A DNA stretch of 64,000 nucleotides, taken from assembly GCA_951406725.2 (NCBI GenBank), contig OX597815.1, positions 136,152,001-136,216,000 on the forward strand, written 5' to 3'. Made by a program: the position numbers and the translations under genes. The stretch's first letter is position 1, and each line of letters begins with the position of its first letter. This DNA comes from Octopus vulgaris. Lineage: Eukaryota. Of the stretch, positions 1 to 14,344 are shown in pieces. Under the pieces are notes generated by a model. It searched no databases. It worked only from the letters and a program-made list of their open reading frames with translations, and was not told where the DNA came from.

Positions 1-117
1 TTTTCTTTCTCCCTTTTTTCTCTCTCCCTCTTTTCTTTCTCCCTCTTTTTCTCTAATTGCGTGAAAGAGTTACTGACGGGCTAAGTTACGCAATGACAAG
101 CAAAATTATTATAAGAT

Positions 118-148
118 CTGTCTATCTGTCTATCTATCAAACTGTATG

Positions 149-215
<67 letters not shown>

Positions 216-357
216 GTCTGTCTGTCTGTCTGCCTGTCTGTCTGTCTGTCTGTCTGCCTGTCTGTCTGTCTGTCTGTCTATTTGTATGTATATATGCATG
301 TGTGTATGAATGTACGTTTCTATGTATGTATGCATGTATGTATGTGTGTATGTATGT
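118..357. repeat. Compound microsatellite (TCTA)n/(TCTG)n/(TATG)n
   Basis: Direct reading; explains the spurious ORFs 57..359 and 146..373. Confidence 0.95.
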
Positions 358-777
358 AGGTATAATCATCTAGTATAGCATTCTAAGATTTTTCCAGCCA
401 TGATGCCAAAGTTTAGGGGACTATTTCCTCTTCATGTTGTATTCTCTAGGAGACAGAAAATTCTTGGTGTAGTGAAATGATATTCGTAGAGATCTTTATA
501 AAAACAAACAGAAAAGCAAGCAATAATTTATTATAAACACTAAATGGGTATCAAATACACAATGACTAAGCCAATTACAAGCTGTTTCAACGAACGGATT
601 GTTCATTGAATTTGAATTTGTTTTATTTTATTTATTTATTTATTTATTTATTTTTTTTGTAATTGTCATTTGGTATAGATTTGTTCAGTCGGAGTTAACA
701 ATGGTTTTCTTTGATTTATTTGGTGTTTTCTTTTCATACGGATAATTTTTCTCTTAACTTTATTATTTTCCTGTGTA

Positions 778-940
778 GGCGCAGGAGTGGCTGTGTGGTA
801 AGTGGCTTGCTAACCAACCACATGGTTCCGGGTTCAGTCCCACTGCGTGGCATCTTGGGCAAGTGTCTTCTGCTATAGCCCCGGGCCGACCAATGCCTTG
901 TGAGTGGATTTGGTAGACGGAAACTGAAAGAAGCCTGTCG

Positions 941-990
<50 letters not shown>

Positions 991-1222
991 AGTGTGTGTG
1001 TGTGTTTGTGTCTCTTGTTTGTCCCCCTAGCATTGCTTGACAACCGATGCTGGTGTGTTTATGTCCCCGTCACTTAGCTATTCGGCAACAGAGACCGATA
1101 GAATAAGTACTGGACTTACAAAGAATAAGTCCCGGGGTCGATTTTCTCGACTAAAGGCGGTGCTCCAGCATGGCCGCAGTCAAATGACTGAAACAAGTAA
1201 AAGAGAAAAGAGAAAGAGAAAG
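778..1222 (+). mobile_element. Full-length tRNA-derived SINE (octopus-type) with internal (TA)n(TG)n microsatellite
   Basis: A-box-like TGGCTGTGTGG and B-box-like GGTTCAGTCCC head, internal microsatellite, tail GGCGGTGCTCCAGCATGGCCGCAGTCAAATGACTGAAAC; second copy at 52477-52945. Confidence 0.9.
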
Positions 1223-2552
1223 AGATATATGTGTATGTGTACGTCGCTTTATAACTATTGATTTTCGTGAAATGGAAATAAATGTCAGATTTGAAATAAT
1301 CCTTCAAAGCTACGATCGGAGTTTCTCTAAACGTGTGTGCATGCATATGTGTGTATGTTTCTCTCTCTCTCTCATTCTCTTTCTAAGAGAGATTTTAGAA
1401 AACGTGAAATTAGTAATTAGAAAAGATACAATTGAAACATGAAAATAATAATAAAACGGAAATTTGGCACTGAGGTTAAATGTTGACAACTGTAAACTTA
1501 AAGATTAGAAGAGTGTGAATAAATGTTTGCGAATGTGTGTATGTGCATGTGGTTGTGCGCGAGTCGATTGGTATTGCTAGCTTTAGAATTTTAGATTATA
1601 GTTAAAATTTTCATAGATGTGTACTGCTGCGTCTGTTGTGTTGTAAATAAATAATCAGGTTCGTGTGAAATGTGTGCTACTGTAGTTGCACTTGTTATTA
1701 AGGTTTGAAACATTCTAAATTAACGAGATTTACTGCATTTCCCCTAACTTCGTTTGCCATTTCTACAGTTGTAGGTGAACATGGATTTCTACGACTTCTT
1801 GCGGGACACAAACCTTAACATATCCGTTTGACATTGTATGCATAACTTAAGGTTTGAATATTCACAAGTTTTCTTGGGAATCATAAAACACTGTTGCATT
1901 TCCTAATTGCCTTCTGTCATCAAATTTATACATCACCCTACTAGTCATCTGCTCTTCAGAGCTCACCTTCACGAAACAGAGCCTATTTTACCATGAAATA
2001 CAGGAGCTAATTCACTAGTCGTCATCGAATACATGTACACTAATGTGTCAGTGTGAATTAGATCTATGGACCGGAACTCAAACTTTTATATCCATCGTTT
2101 GTTATTTACCTCATAACCTGGGCACCAGACAAGTAATAATTCTCAGTATTAGGGGACTATTAGAAGGAGTTGTGATCTTATGGTAACTCCATACTTCTTC
2201 AAACTCCTGAAACGCTGGATTAGCGCTGTTTTATTAAATTAAATATGTTCTTAATATTTCTCTCTGCTTGTGTATGACGATTGACTCATCTTGTCAGATG
2301 ATAACCGTCTCAAATACAAATGATGATGTGATATCGGTCCGTCACTGGATTTAAGGGACAAAACTTGTACAACGTTTTTGCCACTCTCTCGGTTGCTATA
2401 GTACGTTCCAGGGTTAAGCATTGCATGATGGCTGGTAACATTTTGACTGCAAGTTTTGTCAGAGCATCTTTCTCCTAGAGGAGCTGCCTTCTGTTTTTTC
2501 AAAACTAATAGGAGTCCTCTTTATCACTAGGGAATATATTTAAACCATAGTT

Positions 2553-2695
2553 GGGACACTGACGGATACTACATTTCCGTGTTAGAACGGGCCTGGGTGT
2601 AATGGTAAATAAGGGGTGACTGCTCGTTCCCCTACACTCCAGAACTTTCAAACTGGATTGTTACCCCTGGATATAGTTTAATGCCATATCTAGGA
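2553..2695 (-). mobile_element. Degenerate interspersed repeat (SINE-like) fragment
   Basis: GC-richer island resembling a cephalopod SINE body as recalled from memory; no second copy in the window. Confidence 0.35.
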
Positions 2696-3488
2696 ATTAT
2701 GGAGTTATATAGCAAAGTATATAGTTACCAAGGATAGGCCAATCTTGAATTTCACTGTTTTGGTAGGTATGGCTCCATTCTCTCTTGAATATCGAGGCCC
2801 TCAACAATTTTATGTCCTTAAATGTTTACATTTCCCAAAGTAGAAGTTGGGGAACTTTTGCATCCCTTATTTAATTTCTTACATATAAATTACTTGTAGT
2901 AATCAATTGCTGTATAGTCTTCCCTTCTTCGCGTACTTCATGAGTACTCCGTCATATTTCTTTGCGTTCCGCGATTTGGTTACTACACCTAGTGACCAAG
3001 AAATGTATATCTTCTATGCAGAGCGCGTAGCAATAGGGTACATAAGAGGAAAATATATATAGTTCAATCCACATTTCATGTTCAACTAAGCTACGGATAC
3101 ACCTGGTCGTTACTCCAGGTTCTAGCTAAATTCTTTTTACTTACACATAGATACCACAAGATATTTAACAAAAACACAGTAAAAGTATCACACGCAATAA
3201 CACCGAAATTGGTGGCAAATTTAGCTTCTATGAATAACAGGAAGCTATATACTTAGACAAATAGATACCCACAAAAAGAACATACAAAGCTCCTTTGCGG
3301 TAGTTCAGTGGACCACCCATATTACGATTGCTCGTAATATGGGTGACTCCCTTAAGCTATGTAAATGGAGAATTCCTTCTAATTACACGCTTGATAATCA
3401 GCGCCTTAGTAAGAGCATACATTTTAAGGGTAGTTTCCACAAATACAGATAATTTCTTTCATAAAGGTGCCACATCATTTTGATTTAT

Positions 3489-3543
<55 letters not shown>

Positions 3544-3545
3544 TA

Positions 3546-3578
<33 letters not shown>

Positions 3579-5546
3579 ATATGTATGTATGTATGTATGT
3601 ATGTGAATACGTGAGTGTATCTTTCTATATATCTCAATATACATAGATATATATGCATGCATCTATATATGTATGTGTGCATATATGCATAACTACACCA
3701 AAGCACATCTGCTGTTATATATTTATACACTTTTAAATATCTTCTTATACTGTCTAGTTCTCCATTTAACCTTTTAATTACATTACTCTTAAAATATGAA
3801 GAAACCATTAGTGAGTTAACCTTAGTGTTTTCAAATTGAAGAAAATAAAGAAATGCAAATAAACACAGATAGTCGAATCTTCATGTTTAACGTATTAGTT
3901 TAATAGTAATAATAATGATAATAATATTGATGGTGATAATGGCAATGATGGTCGTGATAAGAATGATAAAATTTGAAACAAACAATGTGAAAATAAAATA
4001 GCATAGTGAACACAACATCCGGATAAATACGCAGCTTTTAACCCCACCAACCCATGTCCAATATTGATAGAAATAATCGAGTCATCAGAATTAACAGGCA
4101 ATAATAAATTCCACGAACAAAATATATCCATTTTCTAGTATCCCCAAGCCGGATATTCAAGTAGTAATGAAGAGCCTTTTACATAATTCAACGAGTAGGC
4201 TTTCCGAGAATATTTACAAGGCATAAAATTAAAAACAAATTTTTAAACATTTTAAATAATAATTCTAATAATAACGACAACAATAATAAGAACTTAATGA
4301 AAATGATTTTGTAAATTCCATTATCATTTTAAACCCGAGCTTAATCCATTTATTAAACATAATTCTGAATGTTGAATTATAAATATCAGTTAAAACCACA
4401 GAAGCACAAATCTATATACAATATCATATTAAAGTGAAAACATCCTCCGATGTTTAGGGAAATGTATTTTACCCCTGATTCTTACATCTCTTATTGGTAT
4501 GACTCTCTCCGATGATCATTCCTCAAGACAAAAAAAACAACAAAACAAACAAACAAAACAACAACAAAAATTAAATATATCCCTACCAATTCAGAAGGGA
4601 TGGGTATGTTATATTATATTGTCCTGTATCGTCTGAAACGAGAAATGTAACAATAAATCTATGAAAAACACAAATAATGATGGATCACGGTTACTCGCAA
4701 TGGATCGTACTGAAGATAAATGACAACGAAAGGAACAACCTACGATGAGTTGTTTCTCTGCATCACTTTCCGCAAATAACTCATCCACTTATTAAAATAG
4801 CAAAACGTGGATAACTTAGATGACAAGATTCGTTCCTGTTTACAACGGTGTGTGCAAATTATGTAAAGAAATAGAATGCAATAAAATGGCTCAATTTCTC
4901 ATATAGGATTTTCGAGTTTTGTTAAATATGATTCAGTTTAGTTGTCGAAATACTTTGTGAATCGATCAACCGGTCTGTAAATGGAACGTGTGTAGGCAGG
5001 AGACGTTGTTCATTAAGTGAACAATAACTGTATTACTATAATTAAAACTAGGCAGGTATTACAGCGCAGTATTTCTGTATATTTTTTGTTTTGGTTGCAA
5101 ATTTATGACCTACGAGTGGTTATCAAATTTCCAAGTATATATAACATAATTGCTGTTAAAGACCCCGCGGAAAAGGTGTTAAGCTGTGACATGTAATAGT
5201 GAAGCTTTGTTGTAAGTTCCTATGCTATTTGATGTCGGCTATCACCTCTTTATTCCATCTCCCAGGGTAATCCAAACAAATGTGTACACACAGGAAAAAT
5301 CTTTCAGCTTAGAATAAATGTAATAATAACAATAATAACATGCAGATGGAAATTCATAGGCTATATTAATGCATAAACCATATGTTTCTACACCCCTACA
5401 AGATTATTAGGTAACAATTCTCCATATACATATGATATTACTTAAGATTACTCTTAATAATTATGAATTAGAATCTTTTCCTTGGCTGCATTTGCAGTGC
5501 GCGTGCTTCTTCAGGCAGTACCATACACACACTAACACACACACGC

Positions 5547-5628
<82 letters not shown>

Positions 5629-5651
5629 GCTTACAACATATTCGCTGTTAC

Positions 5652-7551
5652 GACGATAAATGCTATGAAATTAAATCTAGCCTCGGAAAGCAATAATCAC
5701 CATTGGCTAACGGAGGCCATAAATTGTTTACACAAATTAAAAACGTAACTCAGCATAAAATGTTGCTGGATGTCTAGACGCAAATGAAAATCCATTGTTA
5801 AATGAAGCAGACAGAAGGTTCTGATGTTGAAAATATTAATTTTTATTGATAATGTGAGTTATTAAATGAGTCAAATATTACCGGGTAAGTACATTTGATT
5901 GCAGATATAAGGTATAAAGTGTTAGTATATTTAGTTCAAGTAATACACATAATAGATTTAACAATGAACATAATGGAAAGGGAATGGCTTGAGCATTCCA
6001 GAATAATAATTTACCATATGACTTTTGCTAACTCGTTCGATTTGTTGATTGTATCTGCATGTAAGAATTTTAAAACAACAGCGGATGTCCCTTTTAACGT
6101 ATTCTGAAAGCTGTATTTGCGTTATTCAGTCTTATGTTGCCATAAGGTTTGATTCTGGCAAAATCAAAACTATTCAAAACTATTTTAAGAGCATGTCTTC
6201 GTTTCAAACCGAATTTGTTATGCAAGGAAGTTACATAGGTGTTTAAATTGCACGGAAATATCTTATATATGATAATAAAAAGAAACTCCATTCAAAATCT
6301 AATGTGCACAATGCACATATTCATTTAGAGTTACGATCAAAGACAAATGCTTGCTTATTGGTAAAAAATGTTTGTTATCAAAAGAACAGTTCAGGACACA
6401 ACATTACGAGCCCCGGCGTTGCAAGTTTAAAACAGTTACGTTAATGCTTGTAACTTGTGTGCCGGTGAGAAACTTAATTTACTTTCTCTGCAAGCCAATA
6501 TTTAGAAGAGCAGTAAAGAAATATTTTCTTGTTTGCATATAAGAAAATTAGAATTACAGACTTCAAAAAAACCTCCCTGTCCCGGGCACATTCCCATTAT
6601 ATTAAGATTAAGTGCCTGAAGCTCGGTTCTATAATGTTAGCCATGTAATGTTAATTACGCAACACAAAATTTGAAATTGCTACCTCTATGACACACTTGA
6701 ATCTTATTTGCTATTCCCTAAGCGGAACTCCGTGGTGGTCGGTCTAAGATTTACGTGCTTTGTTGTTTTACAGGGTGGGATAAAAATGATGAAGACAAAC
6801 GCCTTATTGCACAAGCTACTTAAAAAACTAAACATTAATAAATAAATGATGATATACTTCATATCATTTAAATTACACATTGTTCATTCAATGAACACGA
6901 AATCTCCTATGAGATAATATCAACGAAGTGTTTACGAACTTAGTCTTCAAACGATTGCGCTCGTAGTGTTCTGTTTGACAATAAAAAGAAATTACATCCA
7001 CTTGTAACATAATGTAGCTCCGCCCGTGAAAATCTCAAGGAACCTATTACTAATAAAGCAATCAATCGCAAGAATAGATATTGAGATATATTTTTTGCTG
7101 CAATAACGAAAATCCTACTCCAGTCCTGTTACTTGATTATAAATAAGTAACCCCTGATCGTAAGTACGCCACTCGCATTAACTTTGAGATAATTTATCGT
7201 AATTCATTCTGTAATGCTCAAGCCATTTCCTTTCTGTCATGCTCATTGTGAATTTATTAAGTGTATTATTTGAACTAAATGTACTAACGCTTTGTACTTT
7301 ATATCTGCAATCAAATGTACTTACCCAGTAATATTTGACTCATTAAATAACTCTCGTTATCAATAAAAATTAATATTTACAACATCAATACCTGACTTTA
7401 AATGTCTGCTTCGTTTAACAATGGATTCTCATTTACGTCTAGACATTCAGCAAAAATTTATTTTGGGTTACATCTTTAATTTATGGTCTATGTTAGCCAA
7501 TGGTGATTGTTGCTTTCCGAGGCTAAATTTAATTTCATATCATTTATCGTC
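5652..7551. repeat. Long inverted repeat: arms ~5652-6004 and ~7206-7551, ~1.2 kb spacer
   Basis: Arms align as reverse complements over ~350 bp, e.g. GACGATAAATGCTATGAAATTAAATCTAGCCTCGGAAAGC vs GCTTTCCGAGGCTAAATTTAATTTCATATCATTTATCGTC. Confidence 0.92.
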
Positions 7552-8009
7552 ATCACTTATCAACTAAACAGGAAGTACGAATATAGAAAATTTGAATAGT
7601 GACTTCGGATGACATTAGGCGAATGAATTTAATGATCATATTTACGTACGCTGCGTAATATTTCTCCACTTTCTTAGTAATAGTATATAGACTTACATGC
7701 TCGCTCATATGCACATGTACATTCTTACACAAATATATACATACATAAGTATATATGAACATGTCTAGATATGCAAGTATATGCATGGAAAGACATAATA
7801 CTAAACGTGCAAATCTGCATTTATATATACATTCATTCATTCATTGGTTCACTCATTCATTCATTCATACATACATATATACATACATACATGCATACAT
7901 ACATACATAATACATAAATAGAACTGACCACTATCCCCGTACTACGACTATGGTAAATAGCAGACGCAACCGCAACGATTATTGTAGTAGTAGTAGTAGT
8001 AGTAGTCAG

Positions 8010-8665
8010 GATTATATGTCGGTGAAATGTGCCCTTACTGAAACTTTCCGATAAAAAATAACTTTGGCTTTGAAGGACTCTCTCGAGGAGAGAGTATTCT
8101 CTACCAAAATAAGTAAAAAAAAACCCACCAGATACGGTATTAAAAGCTAATAACGAAATTGATGATGAGCATTTACACAGTGTGATGAACCCACATACTG
8201 GTAGATTAACGCCTGTCTATATGCGCTGGCTACTACTGTAAAACAGTACATGAATGATATTCAAAAAGTAAACAACACTGAAATAACAAAGAAAGTACCA
8301 CGATGGGTTTTGAAGACAGAGACAAAGATAGCTGGTTTATGGAAGACCATCAGTCATGTAATGATGCTTATGGTATGCAAAGAAGCAAATCGCTGTACGT
8401 TCCAGCAATAGAAATTAAAGATGCTGAAATTTCAGTGAAGGAACTTTGGCTCTAGGTTAGAAACCTGTTCTTTCTCCATTGTCAAGAAATATTTAAACAA
8501 ACTGAATAATGACATACATACATAGATACATACATACATACATACAAACAAAAATATCCCGTTGTTGATGTTGAAATTCCAATGAAGGAGCCTTGGATCT
8601 ATGTAGGAAACTGGCTCTTTCTCTATTGGCTTGAAATCTTGAAATAAAACTGAATAATGATATAC
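8010..8665 (+). mobile_element. Internally deleted R4/Dong-like retroelement remnant with two tandem 3' ends
   Basis: Translation INACLYALATTVK...KKVPRWVLKTETKIAGLWKTISHV resembles the R4/Dong pre-RT region; 3'-end units (~8430-8512 and ~8545-8665) match 57185-57295 (-). Confidence 0.6.
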
Positions 8666-8674
8666 ATATTTCCT

Positions 8675-8870
8675 CTGCGGCGGTCATGCTTTTGCATACC
8701 TTGAAGAATTATAGTCGGATGAATCGATCCATTATCTATTTTTTTAAATTCTAGTACCTATTCTATCGGCCTTATTTGCTGAATCGCTAAGTTATGGAGA
8801 CGTGGGCACATTATCACCGGTTCTAAAGCGGTGAATGAGTAGGGTGGACAAGCGCAGACACAAAGGCACA
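8675..8870 (-). mobile_element. Degenerate SINE 3' half (family of 778-1222)
   Basis: Reverse complement matches ...GATAGAATAGGTACT... and ...GCATGACCGC... of the SINE tail. Confidence 0.6.
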
Positions 8871-9256
8871 CATCGAAAGATATGAAGAGTCTTAAATCTA
8901 TTCACAAGGCATTATTCAAAATATGTCGTCCGTGAGAGATATTCTTATTGTGAAATTTGCGTTACAGGAGTTTTGTTTTCTGTCATTTATATGTTTTGAG
9001 CAACAAAGAAAGAATTCTCTGAAAAACTTTATTTCACACTTAGTATGAATGTAGAATGTCACAAATCACTAATACACTGTAGCTACGTATGCACTATATG
9101 GACATTGCGACACACACAGAAATATATATACACACACACACACACACATTCACATATGAAAAATTATATTTGAATTTATTTTCACTTATGTAGATAAAAA
9201 TATTGCTTTATATCACTGGCTTGAATTGCAAATGCCTCAATGAAACAGTTGTAATG

Positions 9257-11169
9257 GTGAATAAATGATGCCAAAATGTATTTGTTTCAATCTCCTGTTT
9301 TGATATATTTATTATGGATGTGTGTGTCTACAAACAAATTGGTCTCGGCGCAGAGCCTACTCGTTACACATGCGGAAACACGTTTCTAAACATATGTAGA
9401 TAAGTGTAACGAATAATACTTGGCTCTTTAAAAGTTTAGGATGTAAAACATCTAAAACTCTCCAACAAGAGAGTATAAACAGAATAACATGAGGAATAAT
9501 TTTAAAACATGCATTATGCCTACATAAACACACGTGCGCATACAGACATGCACGCACGCATTTAATGCACGTTAGCGATATGTTTTAAGCAAAGCGTTCA
9601 GAGAAAGCAAAGAGCTATGAGGGGAAAACAAAAAGGATACGTTGTGAAAAAGATTGTGTACTGACATTGAAAAAGATAAATAAATAAAACGGCATCTAGG
9701 ACAGAAAGGAAATGTAGTAAAAACTCAAATGCCTTTATAGAAAATATTTTATCAAAACAATATCAACAAACAAATAAAAGAATATAATTTATATAAATGC
9801 ATACTGTATAAACGCATATGCAACAAATATCGATTATATAAGTGTTAACTACTACAGAAAGAAAGGTTTATCGTTATACAGTGACAACTTGCCGTGTAAT
9901 TAAACATGAAAAAATATTGCATGTCACTTTCAGGATATGCTTGTAAAATTGCGATGATGTTAACATGAGATAGGTAACTAAAATGCAATAAGATTAGAGT
10001 TGAATTCGTGGAAGATAATAAATTATATTTAAGTAGTAACAATAAAAAAACATGATTCATTGAATTATGTGACAATCCACCTATTGCAGTTTCTTTATAT
10101 AAAGGCAATGAAATCAGTTTTTTATGCTATAGATTTGAAACATTCGAGCTAGTTATACTCCAAAAAGTAACCGATATAATGAAGGTGGTGACGGAATTAA
10201 CAGGTAATATAATTCTAGAAAAGTGACACGGATGTATCCAAAATCCAGTCTTTAGTGATATTCATAATATAAGGATTGGGTGTCTGTATGAGATCAGACT
10301 ATCTCATACACACAGATACATATATGTGCATAACAAAATAACCACATACATGTTCATACAAGCACGTAGCAAAGTTTCCAAACGTGTAGTTTCATATTCG
10401 TTTTCAATGTTTGTCTTCCATTATATAGCCTCTGGTTGACCAAAGTTTTGGTAGTAGATATGGAAGATGGAAACTGAAAGTCATATATATATATTTATAT
10501 ATATATATATATGCATAGTATGTGTAGTAGGAGTATGGCTTTGTGTGCGAGGTGGCTGGGGAAGAAACTGGCTTCTGTAAGTTTATATTTACGGTTCTCC
10601 TGTGGTAACAGCGTTGTCATTCCTCCTGTCCCTTCGATTGAGCCTTCGATAATTTTTGAAATAAAATATTCCCTACTTGAGAAATAAGAAAGGGTTTGTA
10701 ACATGAATGTAACAGGTTGTAATAAATTGTCTAAATGATGTTTTCCTGAGACAAAAGAAGTAACGCATACACGCATCTAAAAATATATAAATATATATAA
10801 ATATGTGTGTATCTTTTGCAGATAGGGTTATAATCCACGCTCTGTGCTGTTGAAGCACACCTGCTTAATCCACTACCTCAAAGTTGTATGGAAACGTCAT
10901 TTTATATGTGTGAGGTATGCATGAGAGTTGAAAAATACTGGAAGCTATTTTTTGCAGAGTACTGTCTGAAGTATTTCTAATAGGAGATATCTTACATGTT
11001 TCTTCGACATGTGCAATTTTGTAACTCCTATTAGCAAATGAAACATAACACTTATAATAGTGAATAAATGATGCGAAAATGTATTTGTTTCAAACTCCTG
11101 TTTTGATATATTTATTACGGATGTGTGTGTCTACAAACAAATCGGTCTCGGCGCAGCGCCTACTCGTTA
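9257..11169. repeat. ~110-bp direct repeat (9257-9366 and 11061-11169)
   Basis: GTGAATAAATGATGC...GGTCTCGGCGCAG.GCCTACTCGTTA occurs twice with about 5 substitutions. Confidence 0.92.
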
Positions 11170-11430
11170 GTGTCCTGTATTTAGGATAGCAAGATGGTAA
11201 TTTCCAGTCCTGAACCAGGCGGTATGTTATGTTCTTGAGCAAAAAAACTTAATCTCGTGTTGCTCTGATAGCACTTAGACACCTGGCATGAGGCACGCGT
11301 AGGCACCTGTTAAGGTAACGTCGATTTGATGAAGGGAGCGAGCTAATATATTTGATTTCTATAAACAAATGATTTATGCAGGTTGCTCAGCAAGAAATTG
11401 CACAACCATCTTACCGCTTGTCTTGGACTA
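11150..11430 (+). mobile_element. Degenerate tRNA-derived SINE
   Basis: GGCGCAGC...GTTAGTGTC head, decayed B-box TTTCCAGTCC, then TGTTCTTGAGCAA body. Confidence 0.55.
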
Positions 11431-13245
11431 CAAAACTACCACCATAGACAAATTGGTAGGCTCGTTAATGTTTCGATAGTATATATAGAATTCATTCTGG
11501 TCGTCTGCTATCTGAGTTCAAATCGCACCGGGTTCAACTTTGTTCATCATAACTTCAGGTTCAATAAGTAAAGTTAATAACTAAATCCCCTATCCCCCCC
11601 CCCTCTCTCTCCATCTCGCTAACTACTTGTTTGTCTGTCTATCTGTCCGTCTATTTATCTAACTATTTCAGAAAGAGATCAAAAGGGCTTAGACTTGAAG
11701 AGGGGTTATTTATGCCACGCACTCTATGTCACGAATTTAATGCAGGATCTATAACTAAAATTCAGTCATGCAACCGGTGAAATACAACATTTAAAGAAAG
11801 TTTAGAAATCTTCACAGGAGTAAAAGTTTCCCGGCGCAATATGTGTGCAATATCGAAGACACCCTTTGCTATCGCGGCCTGAGATTTCCTGCCCCATTTG
11901 GCAGTGTATTGCATGGCGAAACGAGAGACCCGCTCTGATAACATTATTGTACTAATGGAAAAATGTAAAAGATGGAGAAAGAAGCTGTCGTTTTAAGAAA
12001 CTAGTTCTAAATACTTCGTAATGTTGTCTAATGTGAAAACTACATAATGTATCCTTTTCCTCTGTTAAACTGCGACAGCAAATTGTCATGTAAAATAAAA
12101 CGTTCACTAAGGCATTTCATCTTGACAATCATATTCGATGCCTTTCCTATTTCTGATCGAAGAAGGAAATTATTTTAATTACGATTGAGTGTAAAGTATA
12201 GTACTAATTACTCTCTCAGGCTCCTTGCCAGATGGGTGGCAAAAACAATGATTCAATGTAGGTTACGTTCACTTGGAGAATCAATAAAATGTTGGAGAAG
12301 ATATCGTGCGAAATTTAGGTACATCTCTTTACGTTCTAAATTGATTTTTTTCCAGGTCAAATAACCAGATGCAAGCTAAATAGTTATGCTATATATATTG
12401 ACTCTTTTCGAAGCAATTAAACATGTCTGAGGCTATTTATACAGTCGAAGTTTACGAATAAGATTTTCTGCCAAAATAACCTCCACTTCATATACACGTA
12501 TCGTATACACTCCGTATAATGTTTACTTGGCATTGTAAAAAGGTCTAACACAAGACGCATAAAACAATGACCATTGGCATAAACAGTGTTTGGAAAAGAA
12601 ATTTAATAAAATGCAACTTCCACATTGGTGAATCTTTTGAAAACTTGACCGAAGTGAACTAAATGGAAAATGAAAAACAAAAATAATTCTTTACTCTTTT
12701 CAAAGGAAATCAATATTGCTGTCTTCAGTGAAAAGCTGAAGTAAAAATGTATGCATTATTCTATGGCCGATTTTACAGTTGTGATTTGGATACAAACTGT
12801 GGATGAACAGCTGAAGTTAAAGAGGATACAATTGCAATGAGATGAGAAAGGCTTAGCGTTCAATTGCCATTGTTCGTTGGATATAATATGCACATTCATA
12901 GTTTATACTTATGTAATCAGAGATTTTATGCTTTGGAGATTAAACATGCCTACATACACACATACACATGCGTCCATATACATATACATTTAAAAAATAT
13001 ATCAGCTCGAGTCAGTTCCAAATAATTATCTTAGAGTAGTAATTTATCCGGAGAACTTGAGCAGATATATGCATTATAAGGTTTCTGCCATTAAATTCAG
13101 TTTCTACTGATTCTTCAATGAAACATATTGCTCGTATTTAACTTTTGTTGCACTGCTTTATGTTACTTGTACAGTTTTATCTACGCAGAGACTTGTCCAC
13201 ATGAACAGGGACTTCCTTCTGTCTATCTGTCTGCTGTCTGTCCGA

Positions 13246-13360
<115 letters not shown>

Positions 13361-13362
13361 TT

Positions 13363-14138
13363 ATACATTCCAAGGATATACAACTCTCTCATCTTCAAAT
13401 TAAGATTTCTCTGCACTTGTAGCATTCCAACCACTTGGTGAAGGCTCCCATAGAAATCTTCCAATGTGAACTTGTTATAGCCTCATTCATTTTCTCAGTG
13501 TCTTACAAATGACTTTCCTTAAGGTTCTTCTTCAGTTTAGGGAACAACCAAAATCCACAGAGAGTAAGGTTTGGATAATTAGGAGGGTGAGGAATAGTTG
13601 TGAGGCCCAACTCTGTGAAGCTACCAGAATGGAATTTTGGATTAGTGCATTATCCTGAACTCCCTCAAACCCTCAACAAAGTGATCTTTGTTGACCATCT
13701 GGCTAGAAGGAATCGAGGGGATGTAGACGATAACCTTGCGTTTGAAAAAGGTGGTCATCATGAGTATCCCGGTGCACTTACTTTGCCTGACCTCTTGTGC
13801 CAGCGTAAAACAGATACTTGGCTCATGCAAGTTAAGCCATAAGCATGTTGGAGTATTTCATAAGTTTCTGTAGAGTTTTTGACCAATTTGACACAAGATT
13901 TTATTATACAGCGACTTTATAGTCTTCCTGTCCCGACTGCATTCAGAAAACTAGTCAACTATGATAGGGGGGGGATGTTACATTCATCTTCTTCAATCTG
14001 GAACAATAGAAGTTAGCATCTCAGCTTATTAAATTTACAGAAATGTTATACTAAAATTGAAAAATTTACAATTATTTAGAACAGTTATAATTGACTCTCC
14101 TAAAATATATTTGCAAAATTCTGGAATGCACCCCGTGT
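13363..14138 (-). mobile_element. Decayed mariner transposon
   Basis: Minus-strand remnants QDNA and PHPPNYPNLTLCGFWLFPKLKKNL (decayed YSPDLAPCDFWLFPKLK); TIR-like CATTCCA at both ends. Confidence 0.75.
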
Positions 14139-14344
14139 GTATATCTAAACAATTAATCGATCGTTTGCTGGTTAAATAATCAATCGGCCACTAAATCACT
14201 GAAAAGGTCGCCAACAGCGACGAAAAAACTTTGACTAGCAAACAACCGATTGCTTGTTTACTCAGCAAATTAAAAAAATTTATTAGTTGCTAAAATATTT
14301 AACCAATTGGATATCAATAAAGAAGTGGAGTTGAAACTGTACGT

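Noticed and set aside
778-850. SINE heads as tRNA genes
   Set aside because: No complete cloverleaf, and they continue into SINE bodies
11762-11944. 60-aa ORF in a GC-richer island
   Set aside because: No recognisable motif or splice context
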